Source: Ruminococcus sp.
GTDB lineage: Bacteria; Bacillota; Clostridia; Oscillospirales; Ruminococcaceae
Length of the DNA stretch: 64,000 nt
Assembly: GCA_017478965.1 (NCBI GenBank)
Contig: JAFVCV010000038.1
Location: forward strand, 23,977-87,976
Reading direction: 5' to 3'
Part shown: one piece after another, positions 46,517 to 56,199 of the stretch
Position numbering within the stretch: the first letter of the stretch is position 1
Layout: each line of letters begins with the position of its first letter
The notes under the pieces: generated by a model
Databases searched by the model: none
What the model saw: the letters and a program-made list of their open reading frames with translations, nothing else
Told to the model about the DNA's origin: nothing
Made by a program: the position numbers and the translations under genes

Positions 46517-47550
46517 AAAAGCTTTTGAAACATATCTCGCCTTTAGCCCCGGACGATTCGGGGGCCTGCTCGGTGCTTTATGAAATGGGCGGAATAACCG
46601 TGATCTGTGACGCCGGGGGCTGTGCGGGGAACGTATGCGGGTTTGACGAACCCAGGTGGTCTGAGAAACCGTCGGCGCTCTTCAGTGCAGGACTCAGGGA
46701 TATGGACGCTATACTGGGCCGTGACGACAGGCTGGTGGAAAAGCTGACGAAATGCTGTGAGCAGGTAGATGGCCGCTTCACTGCCATCGTGGGGACGCCT
46801 GTGCCGGCGGTCATAGCCACGGACTACAAGGCTCTGAAAAGAATGGCTGAGAAAAAGACCGGGCTGCCCTGCATAACTGTTCCCACAGACGGCACCAGGC
46901 TTTACGACTGCGGGGAGGAGCGGGCTTATATGGCCCTTTTCGAGGAATTTGCAGTGAAGAGACACGAGGTGAAAAAAGGCCGGGCGGCAGTTATCGGAGC
47001 AACGCCCCTTGACACCGGTTTTTTAAGGGCGGATAAGCTCATCGGGAACGTCAGGGCGATGGGTCTTGATGAAGTCGTCTGCATAGGCCTTGACAGCGGT
47101 CTTGAAGAGGTGGAGAACATCTCATCGGCAGAAAAGCTCATCGTCATATCTCCTGCCGGGATAAGGCCGGCGGGATATCTGCACGAGAAATTCGGTACAG
47201 AGGTCATTTACGCTTACCCCTGTCTGCCGGAGGAGGTCGTGAGTGAATGTAAAAAACTCAGGGGTAAAAAGGTGCTTATCATCCATGAACAGATGGCTGC
47301 CAACGCCCTGAGGGAGCTTATAGAGGAAGATAATCAGGCGGACTGTGCTACATTCTTTATGGCGGAGGAGAGCCTTTCAAAGCCGGGGGATATCAAGATC
47401 GCCGGTGAAGACGACCTCAGGGAAAAGACCGCTCAACGGGGATATGAGGTCATCGTAGCTGACAAATTCTTTTCAAGGGCCTTGGGGGGATTTGAAGGGC
47501 AGTGGATAGATTTTCCCCACAACGCCGCCTCTGGCAGACTGAGACAGTAA
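46513..47550 (+). CDS. Nitrogenase component-1-like subunit (NifK/NifN/BchB-type), set 2
   Basis: This 345-aa protein carries DDSGACSVLYEMGGITVICDAGGCAGNVCGFDEPRW, clearly paralogous to 43330-44466. The start overlaps the preceding gene as ATGA. Confidence 0.72.
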   Translation: MKKLLKHISPLAPDDSGACSVLYEMGGITVICDAGGCAGNVCGFDEPRWSEKPSALFSAGLRDMDAILGRDDRLVEKLTKCCEQVDGRFTAIVGTPVPAVIATDYKALKRMAEKKTGLPCITVPTDGTRLYDCGEERAYMALFEEFAVKRHEVKKGRAAVIGATPLDTGFLRADKLIGNVRAMGLDEVVCIGLDSGLEEVENISSAEKLIVISPAGIRPAGYLHEKFGTEVIYAYPCLPEEVVSECKKLRGKKVLIIHEQMAANALRELIEEDNQADCATFFMAEESLSKPGDIKIAGEDDLREKTAQRGYEVIVADKFFSRALGGFEGQWIDFPHNAASGRLRQ

Positions 47551-47562
47551 ACGCCGGTAACA

Positions 47563-49911
47563 ATGGGGATCTTTAAGGACGGTGAGGGATTGAAGGCTTA
47601 CAATATACACGTTTACGGCATCGTGCAGGGTGTGGGGTTCAGACCCTTCACTGCGGTCACTGCGGACCGCCTGGGCATCAGGGGGACGGTGGCCAACAAA
47701 GGGTCCTATGTGGATATCTTCGCTTATGGAGAAGAGGAGGACGTCAGGGCTTTCGCAGAGGAGATAAGGGAAAGGCCCCCGGAAAGGGCCATGGTCCTGG
47801 GGGTCGATCTTATAGAGCTTGCTGAGGGCCGGGGAAAAGTACCGGAGAGCTTTGAGATAATCGAGAGCGAAAAGGAGTACGGGGACATTTTCGTATCTCC
47901 GGATATCGCCACCTGCGACAGCTGCCGGAGGGAGCTTTTCGACCCTGAGGACCGCAGGTATCTCCACCCTTTCATAAACTGCACCCAGTGCGGTCCCAGG
48001 CTGACCATACTTGACACCATGCCCTACGACAGGATAAGGACTTCCATGGGAGAATTTCCCATGTGCGAAAAATGCGCAGCTGAATACAACGACCCGGTCA
48101 CAAGGCGCTATGACGCACAGCCGGTGTGCTGCAACGACTGCGGACCGGAGGTCTATATCATCGGGGAGGACCTCAGGGGCGCCGAGGCTATAAAAAAAGT
48201 CCGCCGGGCCATAATGGAGGGGAAGATAGCTGCCATAAAGGGCATAGGCGGCTTTCACTTATGCTGCGACGCTAAGAACAGCCGTGCAGCGGCCAGGCTC
48301 AGAGAGCTCAAAAGCAGGCCCGCCAAGCCCTTTGCGGTCATGATGAGGGATATGGACACGGTAAGCAGATACTGCCGCCTTAAACCGGGGCAGGAGGCTT
48401 ATCTGACCGGCTGGCAGAAACCGATAATGCTACTGGAGAAAAAAGAGGGCTGCGGCCTTTGTGACGAGGTGGCACCGGGCAACCCAACGGTGGGGGTCAT
48501 GCTGCCTTATGCTCCTGTGCAGATGCTGTTATTCGGCTATCCGGACGGAACGGAGATGACGGACTGCCTTATCATGACCAGCGGGAATGTCAGAGGAGCG
48601 CCCATCTGCCGCAGTGACGAGGACGCAGTGAAGGAGATAGGGAGCTTTTGCGACACTATCCTTTCCCACAACAGGAAGATACTGATACGCTCCGACGACA
48701 GCGTCACCGACTGGCTTTTTGACAGGCCCTATATGATAAGGCGCTCAAGGGGATTTGCGCCCCTGCCGGTCATGATGAAGGAGCGCTCTGACAGGCAGGT
48801 GCTTGCCATCGGCGGCGAGCTGAAAAACACCTTCTGCATAGGCCGGGGGGGACTGCTGTACCCCTCCTCTTATGTGGGCGACATGGGGGATATACGCACC
48901 GTGAAGGCTCTGGAGGAAAGCATAAGGCGTATGTGCGGACTGCTGGAGACTGAGCCGGAGCTGATAGTCTGCGACAAGCACCCTAAGTATAATACAGTCC
49001 GATTCGCCAAAGAGCTGGCTGAGCAGCGGGGAGTGCCTTTGCTGGAAGTACAGCACCACTACGCTCATGTGCTGAGCGTCATGGCGGAGAATCGGGTAAG
49101 GCCGGAGACAAAGGTGATAGGTCTGAGCTTTGACGGCACCGGCTACGGCGATGACGGGACCGTCTGGGGGGGAGAGATCTTCCTGTGCGACGGCAGGAGC
49201 TATGAGCGCCGGGGCAGCGTCAAGTCCTTTATGCAGGTCGGCGGCGATCTGAGCGCTAAGGAGGGATGGAGGATAGCGGCGGCTGTACTAAAAGACTTTG
49301 CCGGGGACGCACAGGAGCTTGTTGAAAGCCTGGGGCTTTGCACACCGCAGGAATACAGGCTCCTTGGGACCATGGCCGACAAGGGTCTCAACAGCGTAAG
49401 GTCCACCAGCTGCGGAAGGCTTTTTGACGGCGTTTCAGCCATACTTGGCATCAGGCGAAGCTCGACTTTCGAGGGTGAGGCCTCTACGGCGCTGATGTTT
49501 GAGGCAGAGGCCTTTGAGAAGGAAAACGGGGGCCGGGAGGAGTATGAGGGGCAGGAAAAGCTCATCAGGTATGAGGACGGTTTTGTTACCCTTTGCACCT
49601 CGGCGCTGCTGACGGATATCGCCAGGAAATTCTCGAAGGACCCACGTCCTGAGAACGCCCGGAGGCTTGCCTACAGGTTCCATGCAGTTTTAGCGGATAT
49701 GGCGGCGGAGGCCTGCGGAAGGCTCATGGCGGACAGCGGCGTAAGGCTCTGTGCCCTGACGGGGGGAGTATTCCAGAACCGGCTGCTCACAAGGCTCTGT
49801 CGGGAAAGACTCGAAAAGGCCGGGGCGGAGGTGCTCCTTCACAGCCTTATACCGCCCAATGACGGCGGGCTGGCCTTAGGACAGGCCTATTACGGGATAT
49901 ACAGTAAATAA
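47563..49911 (+). CDS. hypF: Carbamoyltransferase HypF
   Basis: It has an acylphosphatase domain (VYGIVQGVGFRPF) and two zinc-finger pairs (CDSC...CTQCGPR, CEKC...CNDCGP). A YrdC-like domain (IKGIGGFHL) and a Kae1-like C-terminal domain are also present. Confidence 0.92.
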   Translation: MGIFKDGEGLKAYNIHVYGIVQGVGFRPFTAVTADRLGIRGTVANKGSYVDIFAYGEEEDVRAFAEEIRERPPERAMVLGVDLIELAEGRGKVPESFEIIESEKEYGDIFVSPDIATCDSCRRELFDPEDRRYLHPFINCTQCGPRLTILDTMPYDRIRTSMGEFPMCEKCAAEYNDPVTRRYDAQPVCCNDCGPEVYIIGEDLRGAEAIKKVRRAIMEGKIAAIKGIGGFHLCCDAKNSRAAARLRELKSRPAKPFAVMMRDMDTVSRYCRLKPGQEAYLTGWQKPIMLLEKKEGCGLCDEVAPGNPTVGVMLPYAPVQMLLFGYPDGTEMTDCLIMTSGNVRGAPICRSDEDAVKEIGSFCDTILSHNRKILIRSDDSVTDWLFDRPYMIRRSRGFAPLPVMMKERSDRQVLAIGGELKNTFCIGRGGLLYPSSYVGDMGDIRTVKALEESIRRMCGLLETEPELIVCDKHPKYNTVRFAKELAEQRGVPLLEVQHHYAHVLSVMAENRVRPETKVIGLSFDGTGYGDDGTVWGGEIFLCDGRSYERRGSVKSFMQVGGDLSAKEGWRIAAAVLKDFAGDAQELVESLGLCTPQEYRLLGTMADKGLNSVRSTSCGRLFDGVSAILGIRRSSTFEGEASTALMFEAEAFEKENGGREEYEGQEKLIRYEDGFVTLCTSALLTDIARKFSKDPRPENARRLAYRFHAVLADMAAEACGRLMADSGVRLCALTGGVFQNRLLTRLCRERLEKAGAEVLLHSLIPPNDGGLALGQAYYGIYSK

Positions 49912-49931
49912 ATTTCAAGGAGGATAAATAT

Positions 49932-50141
49932 ATGTGTGTTGGATTGTCTGCAAAGGTAGTCAGCGTTAAGGACGGTACTGCGGTCATAGACGCCAGCGGT
50001 GCAAAGAGAGAGGTCAGCGCTGACCTTTTAGAGGAGCTGGAGCCTGGGGATTATGTGATGGTACACGCTGGGGTAGCCATCGCCAAGATCACCCAGAGCG
50101 ATGATGAAGAAACTGAGACTCTGCTTGAGGACCTGATATGA
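49932..50141 (+). CDS. hypC: Hydrogenase maturation chaperone HypC/HupF family
   Basis: This 69-aa protein starts MCVG (conserved Cys2) and contains GDYVMVHAG. Confidence 0.85.
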   Translation: MCVGLSAKVVSVKDGTAVIDASGAKREVSADLLEELEPGDYVMVHAGVAIAKITQSDDEETETLLEDLI

Positions 50142-51190
50142 ACGAGAGCATCAAAAACGCCCGTGACATCATCACGGGCTACAAGGGAAGAAAACTAAGG
50201 ATAATGGAGGTCTGCGGCACCCATACCCACGAGATCTTCCGTTTAGGCATCAGAAAGCTACTGCCGGAGCAGGTGGACCTCATCTCGGGACCGGGCTGTC
50301 CGGTGTGCGTTACTGCGGTGGGCTTTATCGACGAGGCTGTCTGGCTGACCCTGGAGAAAGGCTGCACGGTCTGCACCTTCGGAGATCTTATCAGGGTACC
50401 GGGGACGGAGATGAGCCTGGCCGGGGCAAGGTCTGAGGGCGGTAAGATAAAGGCGGTCTACTCGCCCCTGGACGCTGTGGACTTTGCCGAGAAGGAACCG
50501 CAGGAGCAGGTGGTGTTCCTTGCAGTGGGCTTTGAGACCACTACGCCCTCGGCCTGCCTTGCGGTGAAGACTGCGCAGAAAAAGGGGCTGAAAAACTTCA
50601 GTATCCTCACTGCCAACAAGACCATGCCCAACGCCTATAACGCTCTGGTGGGAAGTGCAGACGCATTTCTATACCCGGGCCATGTGAACGCCATCACCGG
50701 CAACGCAGTCTGCAAAAAGCTCTGCGAGGATAAGGGCGTTTCAGGAGTGGTGGCAGGATTTACGGCAGGGGAGCTGCTGACGGCAATGGCGGTGACGCTG
50801 ACCCTTGCTGACAAGGGGGAGCCATTTTTCAGGAACTGCTACCCCAGAGTGGTGAAGGACGAGGGCAATATCCCCGCACAAAAGCTCATCGCAGAGGTTA
50901 TGGAGCCTTGCGACAGCGAATGGAGGGGGTTAGGGCTTATCCCCATGTCGGGCATGAGACTGAGGGAGGAGTATGCTGAGTTCGACGCCCGCAAGAAGTA
51001 CCGGATGCCAAAGATCACCGGCCGGCCCAACCCGGCCTGCCGCTGCGGCGATGTTTTGCAGGGCAAGTGCAAGCCCTCGGACTGCAAGGTCTTCGGCAAG
51101 GTCTGCACCCCCCAGCACCCCATCGGCGCCTGCATGGTCTCCGATGAAGGAGCCTGTTCGGCATACTATCAGTATTCAGGCCTGGTCTGA
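50138..51190 (+). CDS. hypD: Hydrogenase formation protein HypD
   Basis: Motifs MEVCGTHTH, GPGCPVCV, GFETT and PGHVNAITG are present, along with a C-terminal Cys cluster (CRCG...CKPSDC...CTP...GACMVSDEGAC). The start overlaps hypC as ATGA. Confidence 0.92.
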   Translation: MNESIKNARDIITGYKGRKLRIMEVCGTHTHEIFRLGIRKLLPEQVDLISGPGCPVCVTAVGFIDEAVWLTLEKGCTVCTFGDLIRVPGTEMSLAGARSEGGKIKAVYSPLDAVDFAEKEPQEQVVFLAVGFETTTPSACLAVKTAQKKGLKNFSILTANKTMPNAYNALVGSADAFLYPGHVNAITGNAVCKKLCEDKGVSGVVAGFTAGELLTAMAVTLTLADKGEPFFRNCYPRVVKDEGNIPAQKLIAEVMEPCDSEWRGLGLIPMSGMRLREEYAEFDARKKYRMPKITGRPNPACRCGDVLQGKCKPSDCKVFGKVCTPQHPIGACMVSDEGACSAYYQYSGLV

Positions 51191-51205
51191 TACTTTACAC
51201 AGCAT

Positions 51206-51246
51206 AAAAATAAGCCGGAGTTCGCCTGAACTCCGGCCTTTTCGTT
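51206..51246. terminator. Bidirectional terminator between hypD and the convergent DUF1015 gene
   Basis: GCCGGAGTT (51214-51222) pairs with AACTCCGGC (51229-51237). AAAAA lies upstream and CTTTTCGTTT lies downstream. Confidence 0.78.
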
Positions 51247-52508
51247 TATCCTGAAATTTTTCTTGCCTCAACATAGAAACGCTTATCCTCAGCGTGGCCC
51301 ATCGAGAAAGTCTTCCTAGGCAGGGCGCCGTCACAGATGACCGTGGGGAAAAGCTCGCTCTTGTGCATATCCGGCAGGAGGAAACCTACGGAATTCTCCT
51401 TCTTTGAAAGCTCCCTTACAACATCGGCCCCGTGGATATAGTCCACCTTGCCGCCCATCTCGGGCAGCAGCTTGTCAAGGGCGGACTGAAGCGAACCTAC
51501 CGCCAGTTTTGAAAGCGGCGCATGGACATAGACCGTTCGCTCTTCGCCGTTTTCAACCACGGTTATCCTTTGCCCGCTCTCCTCTTCCCTCAGGTCGAGC
51601 TTTTCCGTGAGCTTTTCCAGCAGCAGGCTCACGTCCACATTAGTGACTATCCTGTGGATAGCCTCGAATTCCAGGGCGGGGGAGTGGAGGTCCACTATCT
51701 CTGCAAGGGCGTACCTTGCCGGGTGGCCCGAAAGGTCCTTTCCAGGCTCCTTCTGTTTCAGCGTCTCATAGAACTCCTTTGCAGTGGCAAGGCTGTGATT
51801 GCCGTCGCCCATGGCAAAGGTCAGGGGAGCGGTGCCTTCCATGCCGTATCTTTCCTTAAAGGCCTCAGGCGAGGAGAACTTCTCCAGTCTTTCCATGATC
51901 CCGGCCCTGGTCGTTTCATCGATAAGCCAGCCCTCGACCTTTCCGCCGCCGGCCATCAGCTCAAAGCTATAGAGCTTTTCAAAGCCTTCTTTCTTAGCGG
52001 CAAGGGGTTCGATGATCTCTTTCTTCACATCGTCAATGAGTATCATGATATGGGGCAGCTCGATGGGGGCGCCCTTTCTTATCTTCATCCTTGGCGGTAT
52101 CCTCTCCACCACGGTGGCCTCGGTGGCCCTTACCTGGGACTCGCTGCCCTTATAGTATTCGTACTGTGTAAGGTCGATGGCTCCCACCACGCCGGCTCTC
52201 AGCTTGCCGTCGGACTGGGTCCTTTCCACGTAGATAAGGGCATCTTTATATTCAATGAAAACTCCCTCGTCAAGATACTCCTTCATGGTGCGGTGTATGC
52301 GGTCTATCCTGTATTCCAGCCCGGGGGCTTCCAGGTAGACCTCGGGCAGTATGAGCTTGTAGGCGGACCTTTCGTCCCCTACCAGCTTTTCCACTTTCTC
52401 CCAGTACTCCGGCTCTGAGGTGTACTGGTCGCAGGCCACAACTGCCCATTTGTTCATATCGGTGTCCTTCGGCAGCAGTATGTCTGCCGGGGTGAATGCC
52501 AAACTCAT
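51246..52508 (-). CDS. DUF1015-family protein
   Basis: This 420-aa protein has the N-terminus FTPADILLPKD...WAVVACDQYTSEPEYW and GDGNHS and FLLPDM motifs that I associate with DUF1015. Confidence 0.75.
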   Translation of the reverse strand: MSLAFTPADILLPKDTDMNKWAVVACDQYTSEPEYWEKVEKLVGDERSAYKLILPEVYLEAPGLEYRIDRIHRTMKEYLDEGVFIEYKDALIYVERTQSDGKLRAGVVGAIDLTQYEYYKGSESQVRATEATVVERIPPRMKIRKGAPIELPHIMILIDDVKKEIIEPLAAKKEGFEKLYSFELMAGGGKVEGWLIDETTRAGIMERLEKFSSPEAFKERYGMEGTAPLTFAMGDGNHSLATAKEFYETLKQKEPGKDLSGHPARYALAEIVDLHSPALEFEAIHRIVTNVDVSLLLEKLTEKLDLREEESGQRITVVENGEERTVYVHAPLSKLAVGSLQSALDKLLPEMGGKVDYIHGADVVRELSKKENSVGFLLPDMHKSELFPTVICDGALPRKTFSMGHAEDKRFYVEARKISG

Positions 52509-52541
52509 AGATCTACTCCTTAGATATATTGTTTTTCAGGC

Positions 52542-55184
52542 TTACTTCCTCTTGCGCAGAGTCATGTTGTGATGCTCCGCAGGCTGGAGCACCTGCTGTC
52601 TCTGTGGGGGAGCGGTGTTCCTTCTCACCTGTATAGTGAAGAGCATCTTCACAGTGTCTTCCCTGATGGACTCTATCATGGCGTCGAACATATCCATGCC
52701 TTCCATACGGTATTCTACAACAGGGTTCTTCTGCCCGAAGCTCCTGAGGGTTATGCCCCTCTTCAGCTCTTCCATATCGTCGATGTGGTCCATCCACTTC
52801 TGGTCAACGACCTTCAGCAGCACCACTCTCTCTATCTCATGCAGAAGCTCCGAACCAAGGTCCTGCTCACGGGCTTCGTACAGCTTCAGCGCCCTGTCCT
52901 CCAGAGTTTTCTGGATATCTTCCTTGGTTATGCTGTCAAGCTCCTCGGAGGTGTAATTAAAGTCCCCCTGGTCTGTCAGCAGGCCCATCAGCGACTCACG
53001 CAGGCCCACCAGGTTCCAGTCGTCAGCGATATCGCCCTGTACATACATATTCACCGTGTCAGAAACAAAGTCCTTTATCATTCCGATGATATACTCATGC
53101 AGGTCCTCGCCGTCAAGCACCATCTCTCTCTGGCCGTAGATTATCTCACGCTGCTTGTTCATAACGTCGTCGTAGTTGAGGACGTTCTTTCTTATATTGA
53201 AGTTCCTGCCCTCCAGCTTTTTCTGTGAGGACTCGATGACGCTTGAGAGCATCTTGGACTGTATGGGCGTGTTCTCGTCAACATTGAGGGTATCCATCAT
53301 GCTGGTTATCCTGTCGCCGCCGAATATCCTCATCAGGTCGTCCTCCAGAGAAAGGAAGAACATACTCTCTCCCGGGTCGCCCTGACGGCCGGAACGTCCT
53401 CTCAGCTGGTTGTCGATACGCCTTGACTCATGTCTCTCGGTGCCGATGATGTAAAGGCCCCCGGCCTCTTTGACCTTATCGGCCTTCTCCTTTACCTCCT
53501 CATCGAACTTAGCGTAAAGCTCTCTGTACCTCTTGCGGGCCTTGAGTATCTCCTCGTCCTCGGTGTTGGAGTAGCTTGCGGCCTCAACAGCCTGCTCCTC
53601 GGTATAGCCCTCCTTCTGGAGCTGATGGAGAGACTTGTACTCAGCGTTTCCGCCCAGCATGATATCCGTACCACGGCCGGCCATGTTGGTCGCTATGGTC
53701 ACTGCGCCGTACTTGCCGGCCTGGGCTACTATCATAGCCTCACGGTCATGATACTTGGCGTTGAGGACCTCGTGCTTGACGCCCTTCCTGCTAAGGAGCT
53801 TTGAAAGGTACTCGGATTTCTGTATGGAGACTGTGCCCACCAGGACCGGCTGGCCCTTTTCGTGGCACTCCACTATCTTGTCTATCACCGCATTGAACTT
53901 GCCCTTCTCGGTCTTGTAAACAACGTCCGGGTGATCTATCCTGATAACGGGCTTATTCGTGGGGACCTCTATGCAGTCCAGCTTATATATCTCCCTGAAC
54001 TCGTCCTCCTCGGTCAGCGCCGTACCGGTCATGCCGGAGAGCTTGCCGTAGAGCCTGAAATAATTCTGATAGGTTATGGTTGCGATGGTCTTGGACTCTC
54101 TCTTGACCTCAACGCCTTCCTTGGCCTCGATGGCCTGGTGCAGACCGTCATTGAAACGCCTGCCGTCCATAACACGTCCTGTGAACTCGTCAACTATCAG
54201 CACCTCGCCGTCCCTGACGATATAGTCAACGCCCTCCTTCATGACGCCGTTGGCTTTCAGGGCCTGGTTGATGTGGTGGGAGATAGTCAGGTTCTCCGAA
54301 TCCATCAGGTTATCCAGCTTGAAATACTTCTCCGCCTTTTTAACGCCGCTCTTGGTTATGGTAGCGGTCTTGGCTTTCTCGTCGATGATATAGTCGCCGT
54401 CCAGCTGGTCGTTATCGGCCTTGTCGTCCATCTCCACCACGGTGACGGACTTCAGGGTCTTGGCAAAACGGTCAGCCAGAGTATAAAGCTCGGTGGACTT
54501 ATCCCCCTGTCCGGAAATGATAAGAGGGGTCCTGGCCTCGTCGATGAGTATGGAATCCACCTCGTCCACGATGGCGAAGGTGTGTTCTCTCTGGACCTTG
54601 TCTTTCTTATAGATGACCATATTGTCTCTCAGATAATCAAAACCGAATTCGTTGTTGGTGCCGTAGGTGATGTCTGCATTGTAGGCCTCACGCTTGGCAG
54701 CCTTGTCCATTCCTGTCAGCACGCAGCCGATAGAGGTGTTGAGAAAGTTGAATACCTTTCCCATCTCCTCAGACTGGAACTTGGCCAGATAGTCATTGAC
54801 TGTAACAACGTGTACTCCCTTGCCGGTGAGAGAATTGGCATAGGAGGCCAGGCAGGCCACCAGGGTCTTGCCCTCGCCGGTCTTCATCTCAGCGATACGT
54901 CCCTGATGGAGAACGATAGCGCCTATTATCTGAACAGGGTATGGCTTTTTGCCCAGGACCCTGAAAGCCGCCTCACGGCAGACCGCCAGAGCGTCCGGCA
55001 GAACGTCGTCAAGGCTGGAAAGCTCGTCTAATCTGCTCCTGAGGATACCGGTCTGCTCCCCCAGCTCCTTATCAGACATGGCCTGATACTTCTCCTCCAG
55101 CTCAAGGACCTTGTTCTTGATAGGCTCTATCTTCGCCAGTTCCTTCTTTGAATAATTACCGAATATCTTGTCTAAAAATCCCAT
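52542..55184 (-). CDS. secA: Preprotein translocase ATPase SecA
   Basis: Motifs are MGFLDKIFG..., MKTGEGKTL (Walker A), [37 protein letters not shown] and [12 protein letters not shown]. Confidence 0.96.
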   Translation of the reverse strand: MGFLDKIFGNYSKKELAKIEPIKNKVLELEEKYQAMSDKELGEQTGILRSRLDELSSLDDVLPDALAVCREAAFRVLGKKPYPVQIIGAIVLHQGRIAEMKTGEGKTLVACLASYANSLTGKGVHVVTVNDYLAKFQSEEMGKVFNFLNTSIGCVLTGMDKAAKREAYNADITYGTNNEFGFDYLRDNMVIYKKDKVQREHTFAIVDEVDSILIDEARTPLIISGQGDKSTELYTLADRFAKTLKSVTVVEMDDKADNDQLDGDYIIDEKAKTATITKSGVKKAEKYFKLDNLMDSENLTISHHINQALKANGVMKEGVDYIVRDGEVLIVDEFTGRVMDGRRFNDGLHQAIEAKEGVEVKRESKTIATITYQNYFRLYGKLSGMTGTALTEEDEFREIYKLDCIEVPTNKPVIRIDHPDVVYKTEKGKFNAVIDKIVECHEKGQPVLVGTVSIQKSEYLSKLLSRKGVKHEVLNAKYHDREAMIVAQAGKYGAVTIATNMAGRGTDIMLGGNAEYKSLHQLQKEGYTEEQAVEAASYSNTEDEEILKARKRYRELYAKFDEEVKEKADKVKEAGGLYIIGTERHESRRIDNQLRGRSGRQGDPGESMFFLSLEDDLMRIFGGDRITSMMDTLNVDENTPIQSKMLSSVIESSQKKLEGRNFNIRKNVLNYDDVMNKQREIIYGQREMVLDGEDLHEYIIGMIKDFVSDTVNMYVQGDIADDWNLVGLRESLMGLLTDQGDFNYTSEELDSITKEDIQKTLEDRALKLYEAREQDLGSELLHEIERVVLLKVVDQKWMDHIDDMEELKRGITLRSFGQKNPVVEYRMEGMDMFDAMIESIREDTVKMLFTIQVRRNTAPPQRQQVLQPAEHHNMTLRKRK

Positions 55185-55455
55185 TTTTCAGCCACCTTTG
55201 ATAACACAGGGCCGGGCGCAGGTCCGTCCCCTTATTTCCTTTTATAATGAACCATGTATGCGGGCATACCCGCTCGATACAGTATAAAAACACATAATAT
55301 ATTATACACCATCGCCCCTTAAAAGTCAAGTGTTTTTACTTTTGTCCCGAGTGTTTTGCGGTAAGTTTTGTGGGGCAAAGACTGCTTTTCGCCATCGCAG
55401 TCAAAATGCACAAAAATGGTAGGAGATATTCTCTTGCAGCAGGGGCCGGTTAGTC

Positions 55456-55485
55456 TTGACAAACAAACTTGTTTTGTGAGATAAT
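55456..55485 (+). promoter_or_regulatory. Sigma-A type promoter of the rubrerythrin gene
   Basis: TTGACA (55456-55461), an 18-nt spacer, then TGaGATAAT (55480-55485). Confidence 0.5.
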
Positions 55486-55542
55486 CAAAGAAAGCTATTG
55501 GCTTTTATTTGTAAAGATCATGCTAAACGGAGGTAGATAGAA

Positions 55543-56094
55543 ATGAAAAAGTTTGTATGTACGATATGCGGCTATATATACGAAGGCGAGGCCGCTCCCG
55601 AGAAGTGTCCTCAGTGCAATGCACCGGCGTCCAAGTTTGAAGAGCTGAAGACTGAGGAGGATATAGTCTGGGCTGACGAACACAGGATAGGCGTTGCCCA
55701 GGGCCTTGACCCTGAGGTAGTGGCTGCCCTGAAGGAGAACTTCAACGGCGAGTGCTCTGAGGTAGGTATGTATCTTGCCATGGCAAGGCAGGCTTACAGA
55801 GAGGGCTATCCTGAGGTGGGCCTTTATTATGAGAAGGCTGCCTGGGAGGAGGCTGAGCACGCTGCCAAGTTCGCAGAGCTTTTAGGCGAGGTAGTCACTC
55901 CTTCCACCAAGAAGAACCTGGAACTCAGATACATGGCCGAGAACGGCGCCTGTGAGGGCAAGCTGAAGCTGGCCAAGAGGGCTAAGGAGCTTGGCTACGA
56001 CGCTATCCACGATACCGTTCACGAGATGGCCAAGGATGAGGCCAGACATGGCTGCGGTTTCAAGGGCCTTTACGACAGGTATTTCAAGAAGTGA
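55543..56094 (+). CDS. Reverse rubrerythrin (N-terminal rubredoxin-like domain, C-terminal diiron ferritin-like domain)
   Basis: The N-terminal CTICGYIY...CPQCNAP (two CxxC pairs) is followed by a four-helix-bundle ligand pattern (E...EEAEH ... E...DEARH). Confidence 0.9.
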   Translation: MKKFVCTICGYIYEGEAAPEKCPQCNAPASKFEELKTEEDIVWADEHRIGVAQGLDPEVVAALKENFNGECSEVGMYLAMARQAYREGYPEVGLYYEKAAWEEAEHAAKFAELLGEVVTPSTKKNLELRYMAENGACEGKLKLAKRAKELGYDAIHDTVHEMAKDEARHGCGFKGLYDRYFKK

Positions 56095-56199
56095 GCCTTT
56101 GAAGACAGACAAGTGCGTTTCAGGACGTCCCTGCTTATGCGGCGGGGACGCCTTTTTTGCCCATTTTAGGGTGGAAATGTAAACTTTTAACGATGTTTA

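Noticed and set aside
41211-47550. Bona fide nitrogen-fixing nitrogenase (nifHDK plus nifEN).
   Set aside because: The D/K-like proteins are much shorter than NifD/K. I could not find the FeMo-co ligand context, and there are no nifB, nifV or nifENX-type genes. The flanking genes are hydrogenase maturases, so nitrogenase-like (group IV-type) is the safer call.
55462-55479. The near-palindrome AACAAACTTGTTTTG in the spacer of the rubrerythrin promoter as a PerR or Rex operator.
   Set aside because: It does not match the PerR (TTATAAT-N-ATTATAA-like) or Rex (TTGTGAA-N6-TTCACAA-like) consensus as I remember them, and it is imperfect. It is too weak to call.
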